Below, in pieces: positions 1 to 9,800 of a stretch of 64,000 bases of DNA. The notes beneath the pieces were generated by a model. It saw only the letters and a program-made list of their open reading frames with translations, was not told the DNA's origin and did no database searches. The DNA is taken from assembly GCA_963664435.2 (NCBI GenBank), contig CAXXKM010000001.1, forward strand, positions 96,001-160,000, written 5' to 3'. This DNA comes from Longimicrobiales bacterium (lineage in GTDB: Bacteria; Gemmatimonadota; Gemmatimonadetes; Longimicrobiales; Gaopeijiaceae). The translations under genes and the position numbers were made by a program. How positions within the stretch are numbered: the stretch's first letter is position 1; each line of letters opens with the position of its first letter.

Positions 1-1
1 C

Positions 2-358
2 GTGGCCTCACTGGTGAAGGGCAGCCTCAAGGGGAGTGGTCGGCCTTTGCCTCTCGTTCCTCCGCTCAAGGGACATGTGGCCGTAAAGTACGAGCGGCCG
101 TCGTGGTATGTCCGAGCCGAGGCCGAGATGGCAAACCGTCAGGACCGGGTCGGCGAATTCGAGACGCCGACGCATGGGTACACCGTCTTTAACGCCGCGG
201 CAGGGGTGCGGGTTACGGTCGGCGGGCGTCTGAACGTCCTTACCGTGAGCCTCGCCAACGCCGCGAATGCCGAGTACCGCAACCATCTCTCCCGGGTGAA
301 GGAGATCATGCCGGAGGCCGCGCGGAGTCTGAACGTCACCTATCGGGTGGTCTTCTGA
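2..358 (+). CDS. TonB-dependent receptor, C-terminal part (5' truncated by window edge)
   Basis: Amphipathic beta-strands, N-x-x-N..Y..HLSRVK..PEAAR TBDR C-terminal box, terminal Phe (VTYRVVF). Confidence 0.85.
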   Translation: MASLVKGSLKGSGRPLPLVPPLKGHVAVKYERPSWYVRAEAEMANRQDRVGEFETPTHGYTVFNAAAGVRVTVGGRLNVLTVSLANAANAEYRNHLSRVKEIMPEAARSLNVTYRVVF

Positions 359-365
359 GGTCGAG

Positions 366-1472
366 TCAGCGCGCCAGCCAGGCGCTGAAGCGCTCGTTCA
401 GTTCGTCCTGGTGGTCGACCCAGAACGCCCAGTCGTAACGGAGCGCACGCTCCACGTTGCCCGCGCTGGCCGGCATGTGCGGCGCCATGTCGACCCCTGC
501 GACTACATGGGTCGTCACCAGCGGCATGCCGGATCTGCGCGCCGGGGAATAGGAGATGCGGCGGCCGATCCGCGCCAGAGACTCGGCGCTGGTGCTGAAG
601 GCCACGTATCTCAGCGCCTCTTCCAGCCTCGGTGTACCCGCGACGATCCCGACCTGACCCACGTCCAGCAACTGCCCGTCCCACACGATCACGAACCGTT
701 GGTTCTCCAGGATCCGGCCATTGAAAATGCGACCGTTGTAGGCCGTGCTCATGACCACCTCCCGGTCGGCCAACATCTGGGGCGGCTGGGCGCCCGCCTC
801 CCACCACACCACTTCGTCCTTGATCGTTTCGAGCATGGCAAAGGCCCGGTCCAGTCCCTCCGGCGTCTCGAGGGTGGCGTACACCTCGTCGAGCGGCACG
901 CCATCGGCGATCAGGGCGAATTCCAGGTTTACCTGTGGTACCCGCCGCATTCCGCGGCGGCCCGGGAACTTCTCCAGGTCGAAGAAGTCGGCCATGGTGG
1001 TGGGTCTTTCGCCCTGGAAGCTCTCGTCGTTGTACGCATACACGGTCGACCAGTACAGATTGCCCACCCCGCACTCGGTGTGGCTCTCGGCCACGAAGTC
1101 GTCGGCCGCGGGAGTGCCATCGGGTCCGGGGGGCAGATCGTCGATGTCTATCGGCTCGAGCAGCCCCTCGTCGCAACCGCGCACCGCATCGGCCATCTCC
1201 AGATCGACCACATCCCAGTGGACGCTGCCGATGTCCACCTGCGCCCGTATCTGGGCCAGGCCGCCGTTGTAGGCCTCCACGCTGATACGGATGCCGGTCG
1301 CCTCGGTGAAGGGAATGTTGACGCCCTCGTTGACGGCCCGGCCGTAGGAGCCGCCCCACGACACGACGGTGATCGACTGCCCGGCGACGGGCTGGAGCGG
1401 GACGCTGGAAAGGAGCGCGCCGAGCCCCAGGATGGTCACCGCGGGAACGCGTCTCATTACTTCTCTTCTCAT
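366..1472 (-). CDS. ABC transporter substrate-binding protein, PotD/PotF-like (polyamine family)
   Basis: Signal peptide, VVSWGGSY, WDVVD, DFFDLEKFPGRRG, YNGRIF motifs; GGGAG SD upstream. Confidence 0.85.
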   Translation of the reverse strand: MRREVMRRVPAVTILGLGALLSSVPLQPVAGQSITVVSWGGSYGRAVNEGVNIPFTEATGIRISVEAYNGGLAQIRAQVDIGSVHWDVVDLEMADAVRGCDEGLLEPIDIDDLPPGPDGTPAADDFVAESHTECGVGNLYWSTVYAYNDESFQGERPTTMADFFDLEKFPGRRGMRRVPQVNLEFALIADGVPLDEVYATLETPEGLDRAFAMLETIKDEVVWWEAGAQPPQMLADREVVMSTAYNGRIFNGRILENQRFVIVWDGQLLDVGQVGIVAGTPRLEEALRYVAFSTSAESLARIGRRISYSPARRSGMPLVTTHVVAGVDMAPHMPASAGNVERALRYDWAFWVDHQDELNERFSAWLAR

Positions 1473-1504
1473 GCCGTTTCTCCCTCAGGACAAACCATAC
1501 CGGA

Positions 1505-3679
1505 CTACGGCCTCCCCTCTGTCGCCACCGCCGCCCCGCCCATCAGGTAGCGGTCGAAGAAGCGGTCCGTCGCGTGGAAGGTGGTCAGCCAGCGCTCGTG
1601 CAGCAGGAAGTCGTGCACGTCGTCCGGGAAGACGATGAGTTCGTGGGGCACGCCCTGCGCCCGCAGCAGCTGCACCAGCCCGACGGTCTGCGAGAACGCC
1701 ACGTTGCGGTCATCGTCCCCGTGGATGAGCAGGACCGGCGACGTCCAGTTCTCGATCTCCGAGATCGCGGAAGACTGGTACGACACCGATTCCGGGTCGA
1801 TGGAGTTGCCCCACAGGTGCACGCCGGCGATGTCGACGCCCGCCGCGAAGAGGTCGGACTCGCGCGCGAGTCCCTGGGCGGTGAGGATGCCCCCGTAGGA
1901 GAGGCCCCAGAGCCCGATGCGCGCGGGATCCACGTCGGGGCGGTCGCGCAGATACTCGCCGGCGACCCGGATGTCCTGGTACTCGGTGTTGCCCTCGCGT
2001 CCGCGCCCTGGGGCGTTGCGGAATTCGCGGCCGTAGCCGATGCCGCTCCGGTAGTTCACCGAAAGCACCACGTAGCCCTTGTTCGCGAAGTACTGGTTGA
2101 TGGCGTAGGCCATGTGGTAGAAATGCATGTAGTGGTACCCGAGCAGCATCTGCCGCCGGGATCCCCCGTGGATGAATATGAGCGCCGGACGCTGTTCGCC
2201 GGGCTCGAGGTCCGGGGGCAGGAAGAGCTGGTTGTAGAACTCGAAGCCGTCTTCGGCGTCGAGCGTGACCGCCTCGGGGACGACGTGTTCATCGTGGGGA
2301 TAGCGGGCCGGAAGCTCGCGAATCGTCCTCGCATCGCCCCCGGAAGCCGGCGCCACCGCCACCGTGAGCGGATGGCTCGCGCTCGCGGCAAGCAGCGCCA
2401 CCTGTTCGCCGCTCGCCAGCACGGCCGGCCAGGTCTCGACGCCGTCGCCGCGGGTGAGCTGACGCGCCCCTCTGCCCGCGGTGGGCACGCTCCACAGGTG
2501 GCGCCGGTCGATGTCGCCCGCGTTGGTGGCGTAGAATAGGGTGCGCCCGTCCGCCGAGAGCGAGATGTACTCGGCGATGCCGTCGCCCGGCGTCAACTCG
2601 ACGGGTTCCCTGGTGCCCCCTCCTGCGGCGATCGCGTAGTACCGGCGCCACCCGCCGGGCTCGGCCTGGAAGATGATGTGGTCGCCGGCCCAGATGACCT
2701 CGCGCACCTCGCGGTAGATGCTGTCGCCGGGCGGGCTGTGCCACACCTCGACCGCTTCCCCCGTGCGCACGTCACCGACCCAGATGGAGAAGTCGTACCC
2801 GCCGGCGAAGCGGGCCTCGGTCATCCCGGCGGGCCAGGTGCCGCCGGTGGCGCTGTCTTCGGCAGGACTGCCCCCGGTGGCGCCCCCCCGCTCCGCCCGC
2901 GCGCCGAAGGGCAGCCCCGGCCTGCGGACGAAGGCGACCCGGGTCGCGTCCGGCGACCAGGTGGGGCTGGTATCGCGGTCGACCGCGGGGCCCAGGTATG
3001 TGACCGCGGGACTCTCGGTGTCGTATATGCCGATGAAGCTGTGGTCTTCCCGGTCGCTCACGAAAGCGAGGCGCCGCGAGTCCGGTGACCACACCGGGTC
3101 GCCCTGACTGCCGAACACGCTGAAAAGCGGCCGCTCCGGGTCGCCGGTCGCAACCCCGGGGTTCACCGGGGCCCGATAGATGTCGCCATCGCTCTCCCAG
3201 GCGATCCACGCCCCGTCGGGGGAGAGCGCCACATTCCAAGCCTCCGCCACCCGCCAGGGCTCGCCGCCCGCAGTGCTCACGGCCCACGCGGCCCTCTCGG
3301 CGCCCCGGGGATCGCTGGCGGGGTTGGCGATCCATCCCTGCCGGTTGGGAGTGTGCCCGCGCAGGAAGACCAGCGTGGACCCGTCGTCCGAGATGCGCAG
3401 GCTCGACAGGTCGCGCCCGTCATCGTCCTCGAAGCGCGTCAGCCGCTCCGGCACGAAGTCGGGCGCCACCGCCGTGTACACGTTGCGCTTCCCCTCCTCG
3501 TACTCGATCCAGGCGATGCGGTCCGCCGCCCTGGCCGACACCAGCTGCACCGGATACCCGGGGCTGAGCACGTCCTCGATCGAGAAGCGCTGCGCCTGGG
3601 CAGGCAGGGCGCCGAGCGGGGCGAGGGCGGGGAAAGAAAGCAGCGCGAGAGCCAAATGCAGCAGGCGAGGGCGCGTCAT
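1505..3679 (-). CDS. S9 family (prolyl oligopeptidase-like) secreted peptidase with TolB-like propeller
   Basis: ATG 3679 with GGAGG SD and signal peptide; WSPD propeller repeats; GLSYGG nucleophile elbow, HGDDDRNV Asp, DDVH His. Confidence 0.9.
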   Translation of the reverse strand: MTRPRLLHLALALLSFPALAPLGALPAQAQRFSIEDVLSPGYPVQLVSARAADRIAWIEYEEGKRNVYTAVAPDFVPERLTRFEDDDGRDLSSLRISDDGSTLVFLRGHTPNRQGWIANPASDPRGAERAAWAVSTAGGEPWRVAEAWNVALSPDGAWIAWESDGDIYRAPVNPGVATGDPERPLFSVFGSQGDPVWSPDSRRLAFVSDREDHSFIGIYDTESPAVTYLGPAVDRDTSPTWSPDATRVAFVRRPGLPFGARAERGGATGGSPAEDSATGGTWPAGMTEARFAGGYDFSIWVGDVRTGEAVEVWHSPPGDSIYREVREVIWAGDHIIFQAEPGGWRRYYAIAAGGGTREPVELTPGDGIAEYISLSADGRTLFYATNAGDIDRRHLWSVPTAGRGARQLTRGDGVETWPAVLASGEQVALLAASASHPLTVAVAPASGGDARTIRELPARYPHDEHVVPEAVTLDAEDGFEFYNQLFLPPDLEPGEQRPALIFIHGGSRRQMLLGYHYMHFYHMAYAINQYFANKGYVVLSVNYRSGIGYGREFRNAPGRGREGNTEYQDIRVAGEYLRDRPDVDPARIGLWGLSYGGILTAQGLARESDLFAAGVDIAGVHLWGNSIDPESVSYQSSAISEIENWTSPVLLIHGDDDRNVAFSQTVGLVQLLRAQGVPHELIVFPDDVHDFLLHERWLTTFHATDRFFDRYLMGGAAVATEGRP

Positions 3680-3923
3680 GATTCGCCTCCGGGAGACTGG
3701 GCGAGACGGTTGGGACCACGGAATGTCAGGATGACACCACGCCAACCATCCGGCAACGTCCCGGCCGCGCATCTCCGCGCCCCGCGCGCGGACCGCATAA
3801 GTCAGCGACGCCCCGTCCGGCTCCGAGAGGCACCAGGGACCTCGGCTGCGGCTGGCGCTTTTCCGCCCCTTGGCCCATCCTGACGCCTGAAGCCGCCAAG
3901 CACGCAAACGAAGGAAGCATCCC

Positions 3924-5480
3924 ATGAGCATCCGACGCACCCTTCTCGCCGCAGCCGCCCTCTCCCTCGCGGCGCCGCTGCCCGCCCAGACCTTCCCCTC
4001 CGACGACTCCGTCATCCAGGCGATGTGGGAGGAGGGCATGGGCTCGGGAAGCCAGGCCTTCGACCTGGCGCAGGCGCTGCTCGACTCCATCGGTCCCCGG
4101 CTGATGGGCTCGCCGGCCTACTCGCACGCCGCGGACTGGCTGATCTCCAACTACGAGAGCTGGGGCATCGAGGCGGAACGCCAGGACTACGGCACCTGGA
4201 TCGGATGGGATCGCGGCTTTACCCACATCGACATGCTCGAGCCCCGCAGGCGCACGCTCGAGGGCACGCTGCTCGCGTGGAGCCCCGGCACCGACGGACC
4301 CCTGGAGGGCGAGGTGATCGCGTTGCCCAGCTTCGCCAACGCCGCCGAGCTGAACGCCTGGCTGCCCTCGGCCGAGGGCAAGTTCGTCGCGGTCTCCTTC
4401 GCGGAACCGACCTGCCGCGAGGACCAATCGTGGCTGGACCACGCCACACCCGAGTCCTTCCAGCGCATGAGCGAAGCCCGGGAAGCGGCACGAGAGGAAT
4501 GGGCGGCCGGCTATCAGCTCACCTTCATCCCCAACGCCGGCCCCCGGCGGCTGGAGGAAGCGGGCGCTCTCGGGCTCATCACGGGTCGCTGGTCCGAGGG
4601 CTGGGGCGTGGACAAGATCTTCGCCTCCTCGACCCGCGAGATCCCGTCGCTGCATCTGGCGTGCGAGGACTACTCCCTCCTGCACCGGCTCGCGTCGAGG
4701 GCCCAGGGCCCGCGCATCCGCCTGGAAGCCGACGCCGCATTCCTGGGCGACGTCCCCGCCTTCAACGTGGTGGCCACCATCCCGGGCACCGAGCTGCCCG
4801 ACGAGTACGTGCTGCTGAGCGCGCATCTGGACTCGTGGGACGGCGCCTCGGGCGCGACCGACAACGGCACCGGCACCATCATGATGCACGAGGCGATGCG
4901 CATCCTGAGGGAGACCTATCCGAACCCTCGCCGCACGATCATGGTGGGGCACTGGGGCGGCGAGGAGCAGGGGCTGATCGGCTCCAACGCCTTTGCGGCC
5001 GACAACCCCGAGGTGGTGGACGGGCTTCAGGCCTCCTTCAACCAGGACAACGGCACCTGGCGCATCGACTTCATCCGCATGCAGGGCTTCCTGGGCGCCG
5101 GGGAACACTTCGCCCGCTGGTTCGAGCGCATCCCGCCGGAGATCACCGGCCACATCGAGCTGGACGTGCCCGGTGTGCCCGAGACCGGCGGCTCGGACCA
5201 CATGTCGTTCATCTGCAAGCCCGCGCCCGGGTTCCGGCTCCAGTCCAACTATCCCGACTATCGCCAGTACACCTGGCACACCAACCGCGACACCTTCGAC
5301 AAGATCGTCTTCGACGACCTGCGCAACAACGCGACCCTGGCCGCCATGCTCACCTACATGGCGTCGGAGGACCCGGAGCGGATGGACGTCAGCCAGCGCG
5401 TACTGCCGGTCAACCCCGCAACCGGCCGGCAGACGATGTGGCCCCGCTGCCGTCCGCCGAGGAGGAGCTTCGGGGGATAG
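3924..5480 (+). CDS. M28/M20 family metallopeptidase (carboxypeptidase Q-like)
   Basis: Signal peptide; SAHLDSWD, GATDNGTG, GEEQGL, GGSDH, WHTNRDT metal-binding motifs. Confidence 0.9.
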   Translation: MSIRRTLLAAAALSLAAPLPAQTFPSDDSVIQAMWEEGMGSGSQAFDLAQALLDSIGPRLMGSPAYSHAADWLISNYESWGIEAERQDYGTWIGWDRGFTHIDMLEPRRRTLEGTLLAWSPGTDGPLEGEVIALPSFANAAELNAWLPSAEGKFVAVSFAEPTCREDQSWLDHATPESFQRMSEAREAAREEWAAGYQLTFIPNAGPRRLEEAGALGLITGRWSEGWGVDKIFASSTREIPSLHLACEDYSLLHRLASRAQGPRIRLEADAAFLGDVPAFNVVATIPGTELPDEYVLLSAHLDSWDGASGATDNGTGTIMMHEAMRILRETYPNPRRTIMVGHWGGEEQGLIGSNAFAADNPEVVDGLQASFNQDNGTWRIDFIRMQGFLGAGEHFARWFERIPPEITGHIELDVPGVPETGGSDHMSFICKPAPGFRLQSNYPDYRQYTWHTNRDTFDKIVFDDLRNNATLAAMLTYMASEDPERMDVSQRVLPVNPATGRQTMWPRCRPPRRSFGG

Positions 5481-5500
5481 CCGGCGGCAGGCAGACCATC

Positions 5501-6160
5501 ATGAGGACCCCGCACGGCAACGGTCTCCGCGACGCAATCCCGGCCCTGTTCCTCCTGGCCGCCTGCTCGCCGCTCGGAGCCCTGAAACCGGAGAACATCC
5601 CACCCGGTCTGCACGACCCGCAAACCGCGCGCGTCCGGCCGAGCGACCCCGCGGGCGCCTCCACCGCGCAGGATACGATCCGCACCCGGAATCTGCTCCT
5701 CTGGGGCGGCATCGACGCCGACCGCGTGCCCTACCTCGACCCCGTGTTCGTAATCGACGCCCCGCCCGCACTTCCGCGCTCGATCGGTGAGTACGCCGTC
5801 ATCGGTCGGGCCGGCAACGGTACAGTGCTCTTCTCTCTCCCCTTCGAGATGCCGGTGGTGGCCGATGGCGACGGCAGCTCAAGCTTCGTCTTCATGCTCC
5901 CGGTGGAGCCGGGATGGGAGGGCAGGCTTGCCAGCGTCACCCTTGCCGGACCAGGCGGGTCGGCCACGCTGGACGAGAACACCAATCGTCCGATGGCCAT
6001 CCTTCGTGACCCGGAAACCGGGCGAATTCAGGCTATCCTGCGAGACCTCCCGCCGACCATCGTGACGCAGGCGGTTGCGGACACCGCCGTCGCACGGGAT
6101 CCGGGGATCGATGTGCTCTTCAGCCGCGGGATTCCGGGTCCCGGTTCCTGGCGGCGCTGA
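5501..6160 (+). CDS. Hypothetical lipoprotein consisting of a single domain
   Basis: ATG 5501, lipobox-like LLAAC, globular-looking LLLWGG...FSRGIP domain. Confidence 0.6.
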   Translation: MRTPHGNGLRDAIPALFLLAACSPLGALKPENIPPGLHDPQTARVRPSDPAGASTAQDTIRTRNLLLWGGIDADRVPYLDPVFVIDAPPALPRSIGEYAVIGRAGNGTVLFSLPFEMPVVADGDGSSSFVFMLPVEPGWEGRLASVTLAGPGGSATLDENTNRPMAILRDPETGRIQAILRDLPPTIVTQAVADTAVARDPGIDVLFSRGIPGPGSWRR

Positions 6161-6241
6161 CCGCAGCCGGCGATGGGGTTACCACCAGAAGCGTTCCCGA
6201 GCCAGTCGGGCTCGCGGACGTGGAGGTCTCCGGCTTCGGGA

Positions 6242-6625
6242 CTACGGGGCGGGGGGCTGGCTGCGCTCGGCGCCCGTCCGTACGGTCGCATTGACCGTTG
6301 CACCCTCTTCGATCAGGATGCGCCCGGCGTCGATCTCGCCGGTCACATTGCAGCGTGCCTTGAGTTTCACAAGCGAATCGATCGTCAGGTTGCCCTGAAT
6401 CCGACCGTCGAGCACGGCATCCCTGGCGCTGATGTCACCGATGACCACCCCGTCCCTGCCGATGGAGATCACCTCGTCGGCATGCATGCTCCCTTCCAAC
6501 CTGCCGTCGATCTGCACGCTGCCCGCCGTCTTGCAGTGGCCCACTACAGTCGTTCCGGTCCCCACCAGTGACATGGTACCATTCGGCATCGCGGGCGAGC
6601 TCTCAATCGGTCGACTCTTCTTCAT
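6242..6625 (-). CDS. Bactofilin (polymer-forming cytoskeletal protein)
   Basis: SLVGTGTTVVG, IDGRLEG, VTGEI..I.IEEGA.VN beta-helix pattern. Confidence 0.85.
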   Translation of the reverse strand: MKKSRPIESSPAMPNGTMSLVGTGTTVVGHCKTAGSVQIDGRLEGSMHADEVISIGRDGVVIGDISARDAVLDGRIQGNLTIDSLVKLKARCNVTGEIDAGRILIEEGATVNATVRTGAERSQPPAP

Positions 6626-6753
6626 TACAGCTCTTCTCCCGGGCAGCGAGGCGTAAGGATTCGGCCGTCCGAAACTCGCCGCTTGGGGTTGCGCCATCCG
6701 CAGGCCGATTCCCAGGCTGGACCGCCTCCTTTTTCGCGGACGGCTTGGGTCGC

Positions 6754-6784
6754 GTAATCATAACTTGGAGGATGTAATCCTAAC
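6754..6784. promoter_or_regulatory. Direct repeat GTAATC(A/C)TAAC x2, 20-bp period; candidate operator
   Basis: Copies at 6754-6764 and 6774-6784, AT-rich in GC-rich intergenic DNA upstream of the bactofilin gene. Confidence 0.45.
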
Positions 6785-6965
6785 AGCGGCCCTGCCGCTT
6801 GCAAACGCAACCTGGTCGGAAGCCTCCTGCTCACGCTCGACCGCCGCCTGGCCCGCTCTCCCGGCCCGACCTGCGAGATCATCACCCCGCCCGACTTGCG
6901 CGTCGTGCGGGAGCCGGCGGCCACCACGAGCCGGACAGCTCCCTCGACCGGTCAGGCATCCTCCC

Positions 6966-9575
6966 TCACCGCGTCTGCGGCGAGTTCATCTGCAGCGGGA
7001 TGATGTCCACGTTCCAGCGGTTGTCGTCCAGCAGGTGCTTCACGAAGTACTCCGCGCGCAGCCAGAACCAGTAGTCGCTCATGTCGCCGAAGCCGTGGCG
7101 CTGCCCCGGGAAGATGAAGAAGTCGAAGCGCTTGTTGGCGCGGATGAGCGCCTCCGCCATGCGGAAGGTGCCGGCGTGGTGGACGTTGTTGTCGTTGTCG
7201 CCGGTGGTGAGCAGGAGGTGGCCCTTGAGGTTGGCGGCGAGGTCGGAGTTGCGCTCGATGTCGTACTCGAAGCTGACGTTGCCCTCGTCGTCCACGACCT
7301 CCTTCACGCCGTGGTGGGTCTCCGACCAGGACCGGTTGTACACGTCGTTGTTGTGGTTGCCCGCCGATGACACCGCGACCTTGAAGAAGTCGGGATAAAC
7401 GAGCATGGCGGCGGTGGACATGAAGCCGCCCCCGGAATGTCCGTATATTCCCACTTTATCTATATTTATAAAGTCGTGGCGGTCGGCCAGCTGTTCGATG
7501 ACCGCCTTCTTGTCGGCCAGTCCATAGTCGCGCAGGTCGCCATATCCATAGTTATGGTACCACTTTGAACGGTCCGGATGCCCGCCCCGGTTCCCCATGG
7601 TCACCACGATCATGCCGAACTGCGCGAGCGCCTGCTCGTACGGATTGGCGGACCACGACTTCGACACAGACTCGGTCTGCGGTCCCGGGTAGACGTACGC
7701 CACAACAGGATACGTCTTCGAGGGATCGAAGTCGTAGGGCCTGTACATCACGCCGTAGATGTCGGTCACGCCATCCGCGGCTTCCACCTGGTACGGCTCC
7801 GGGAACTGGTAGCCGGCCGCTTCCAGGGCCCCGAAATCGGCCTCGCCCAGGTCCAGGATGCGCTGGCCGGAGGCGTCGAAGAGCCCGGACATGGGAGTCG
7901 TGTCCACGCGCGAGTAGTTGCTGACGAAGTATCGGTTCGACTCGCCCATCTCGGACTGGAAATCGAAGTTCCCCGGGTTCAGCAGCGTAAGCCCGGTCCC
8001 GTTCAGGCTCACCCGGTAGAGGTGCGCGTAGTAGGGATCCTCCCCTTCCTCCCGGCCCTGTCCGGTGAAGAAGACGAACCCGCGGGCCTCGTCGACGCCG
8101 ACGATGCCGTCCACGTGCCACGCGCCCTCGGTGAGCCGCTGCTTCACCTCCCCGTCGGGCCCGTACAGATACAGGTGCGCCCAGCCGTCCCGCTCCGACC
8201 ACCACAGCATGTCGCCGTTGTCGAGCATCTCGAGCGGGCGCGTCTCGATGTAGGTGTTCAGACTGTCCACGAAGAGCATGCGCGCGTCGCCGCTGCCGGC
8301 TTCCGCAACCATGACGGCGGCCCGATGCCGGTCCCGGCTCAGGCGCACGAAGTAGAGCTCCTCGGAATCGTCCGAGATCCAGAGCGAACGGTCCGGCTCC
8401 TCGGAGTCCGGGTAGTCGAACTGGCGCTGCGTGGTGATGCGAACATCCTCGTCTTTCCACGGCTCATGCGCCACGGTGACCTGCTCCCGTGACTCCAGAT
8501 CGTAGACGACGATCTCCTCCTGCGTGACCGACTCCTCGCCGGCCATCTCGTAAGAGTAGGTCTCGAGCTCCGGCCGGGCATTGCCCTTCCCCACCACGTG
8601 CACCACCCAGAGCTCGCCCACCTCGCGGTTGTCGCGCCGGACCAGCGCGAAGCGGCGCGAGTCCTTCGCCCACGAGATCGACGCCGCCTTGCGGTCGTCC
8701 TTCTCCTCCTCGAGGGTGACGTTGGTCTCGCCGCGCCCGGTGTAGTTGGCCTCGTATGTGTAGTACTTCTCGCCATCGGTGGTGAGCTGGGTCTCGGTGA
8801 CCTCGACGTCGTCCTCGGCGTCGTCGGCTTCGTCCCCTGATTTGCCCCTGCGCGCCTCCAGGATCTGCTGGTAGTCGGCGCCGCTCATCATGTACAGGTT
8901 GTGATTGCGGGCGAAGACCACGGTCTGGCCGTCCGGCGACACGCTCGCCCAGGCGGGATGGTTGTCGGGGGCCTCGTAGTCCTCGAGCTCCCGCAGGGTC
9001 CGGGTCGAGACCGTGTACTCGAAGTGATGAACCCGCTTGCGGGTCGAGCTCCCGAAGTCGTCCTCCTCCTCGTCCTGGTCCTCCTCGGTCTCCTCCTCGT
9101 CCTCCATCTCCTCGTCCTGGGAGGATTCCACCTCGAAGTGGAGGATGTTGTCGCTGATGAAGCGGATGTTGCGGATGGGCAGATGCTGCCCGTCCCAAGG
9201 GTCCCGGGTGATGCGCGTCAATTCCGCGGCGATTCGATCGTTGTCGAAGAGGAGCGTGCGCGAGCCCGCGCCCGGATCGACGATGTAGTAGAACGTGCCG
9301 TCGGCGTTCTCCCACTCGTACCAGAACCTGTCGCTGCCCTCGATCCACTGCGGATCGACCGACGTGGAGTGCACCATCTCGCGGATGCGATAAGGCGCGA
9401 AGCGGGCGGCGAGATCGTAGTTTGCCGGTCCGGCCCGGGCATCCGACTCCTGCGGCGCCGGGGCGGGAGCCGCGTCGGCGGGAGCCGGGGCGAGCGCGAT
9501 GAGCACGAGGAGGGGCGAAAGCGCACGCTGCACGGGCGAAATCGGACGGGAGAGAAACCTGGCGATGGCGTTCAT
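6966..9575 (-). CDS. S9B dipeptidyl-peptidase IV family secreted peptidase
   Basis: Signal peptide from ATG 9575; DPPIV_N propeller (WSERDGWAHLY); VYPGPQ, GHSGGG, DNNVH, QRHG catalytic motifs. Confidence 0.9.
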   Translation of the reverse strand: MNAIARFLSRPISPVQRALSPLLVLIALAPAPADAAPAPAPQESDARAGPANYDLAARFAPYRIREMVHSTSVDPQWIEGSDRFWYEWENADGTFYYIVDPGAGSRTLLFDNDRIAAELTRITRDPWDGQHLPIRNIRFISDNILHFEVESSQDEEMEDEEETEEDQDEEEDDFGSSTRKRVHHFEYTVSTRTLRELEDYEAPDNHPAWASVSPDGQTVVFARNHNLYMMSGADYQQILEARRGKSGDEADDAEDDVEVTETQLTTDGEKYYTYEANYTGRGETNVTLEEEKDDRKAASISWAKDSRRFALVRRDNREVGELWVVHVVGKGNARPELETYSYEMAGEESVTQEEIVVYDLESREQVTVAHEPWKDEDVRITTQRQFDYPDSEEPDRSLWISDDSEELYFVRLSRDRHRAAVMVAEAGSGDARMLFVDSLNTYIETRPLEMLDNGDMLWWSERDGWAHLYLYGPDGEVKQRLTEGAWHVDGIVGVDEARGFVFFTGQGREEGEDPYYAHLYRVSLNGTGLTLLNPGNFDFQSEMGESNRYFVSNYSRVDTTPMSGLFDASGQRILDLGEADFGALEAAGYQFPEPYQVEAADGVTDIYGVMYRPYDFDPSKTYPVVAYVYPGPQTESVSKSWSANPYEQALAQFGMIVVTMGNRGGHPDRSKWYHNYGYGDLRDYGLADKKAVIEQLADRHDFINIDKVGIYGHSGGGFMSTAAMLVYPDFFKVAVSSAGNHNNDVYNRSWSETHHGVKEVVDDEGNVSFEYDIERNSDLAANLKGHLLLTTGDNDNNVHHAGTFRMAEALIRANKRFDFFIFPGQRHGFGDMSDYWFWLRAEYFVKHLLDDNRWNVDIIPLQMNSPQTR

Positions 9576-9800
9576 GGTAGGGCTCTGTTCGGATGGAGGG
9601 ACGACGCGGGAACTCCCGGGACGGTTGTGCACAAGTGAATCCGTCGCCGAAAGCCGGGCAAGAGCGTCAGGGCTCACCCTGGTGAACCGGGAACGACCCG
9701 TCGGGGAACCATCCCGCGGGTTAACGCGATAAACGATTCTCGCGCGGGTGCTTCTAACCGCGGCGCCGGCGCCGGATTCCCTCGAACGGGGCGGAAGGGC

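Noticed and set aside
4025..5500. 711-aa ORF overlapping the M28 peptidase in another frame
   Set aside because: The upstream part is Arg/Gly-rich off-frame sequence; only 5501-6160 looks protein-like.
7449..7476. AT-rich dyad as a chromosomal dif site
   Set aside because: The central TCTATA is suggestive, but there is no TTATGTTAAAT-like XerD arm and it lies inside a CDS; kept only as an unexplained palindrome.
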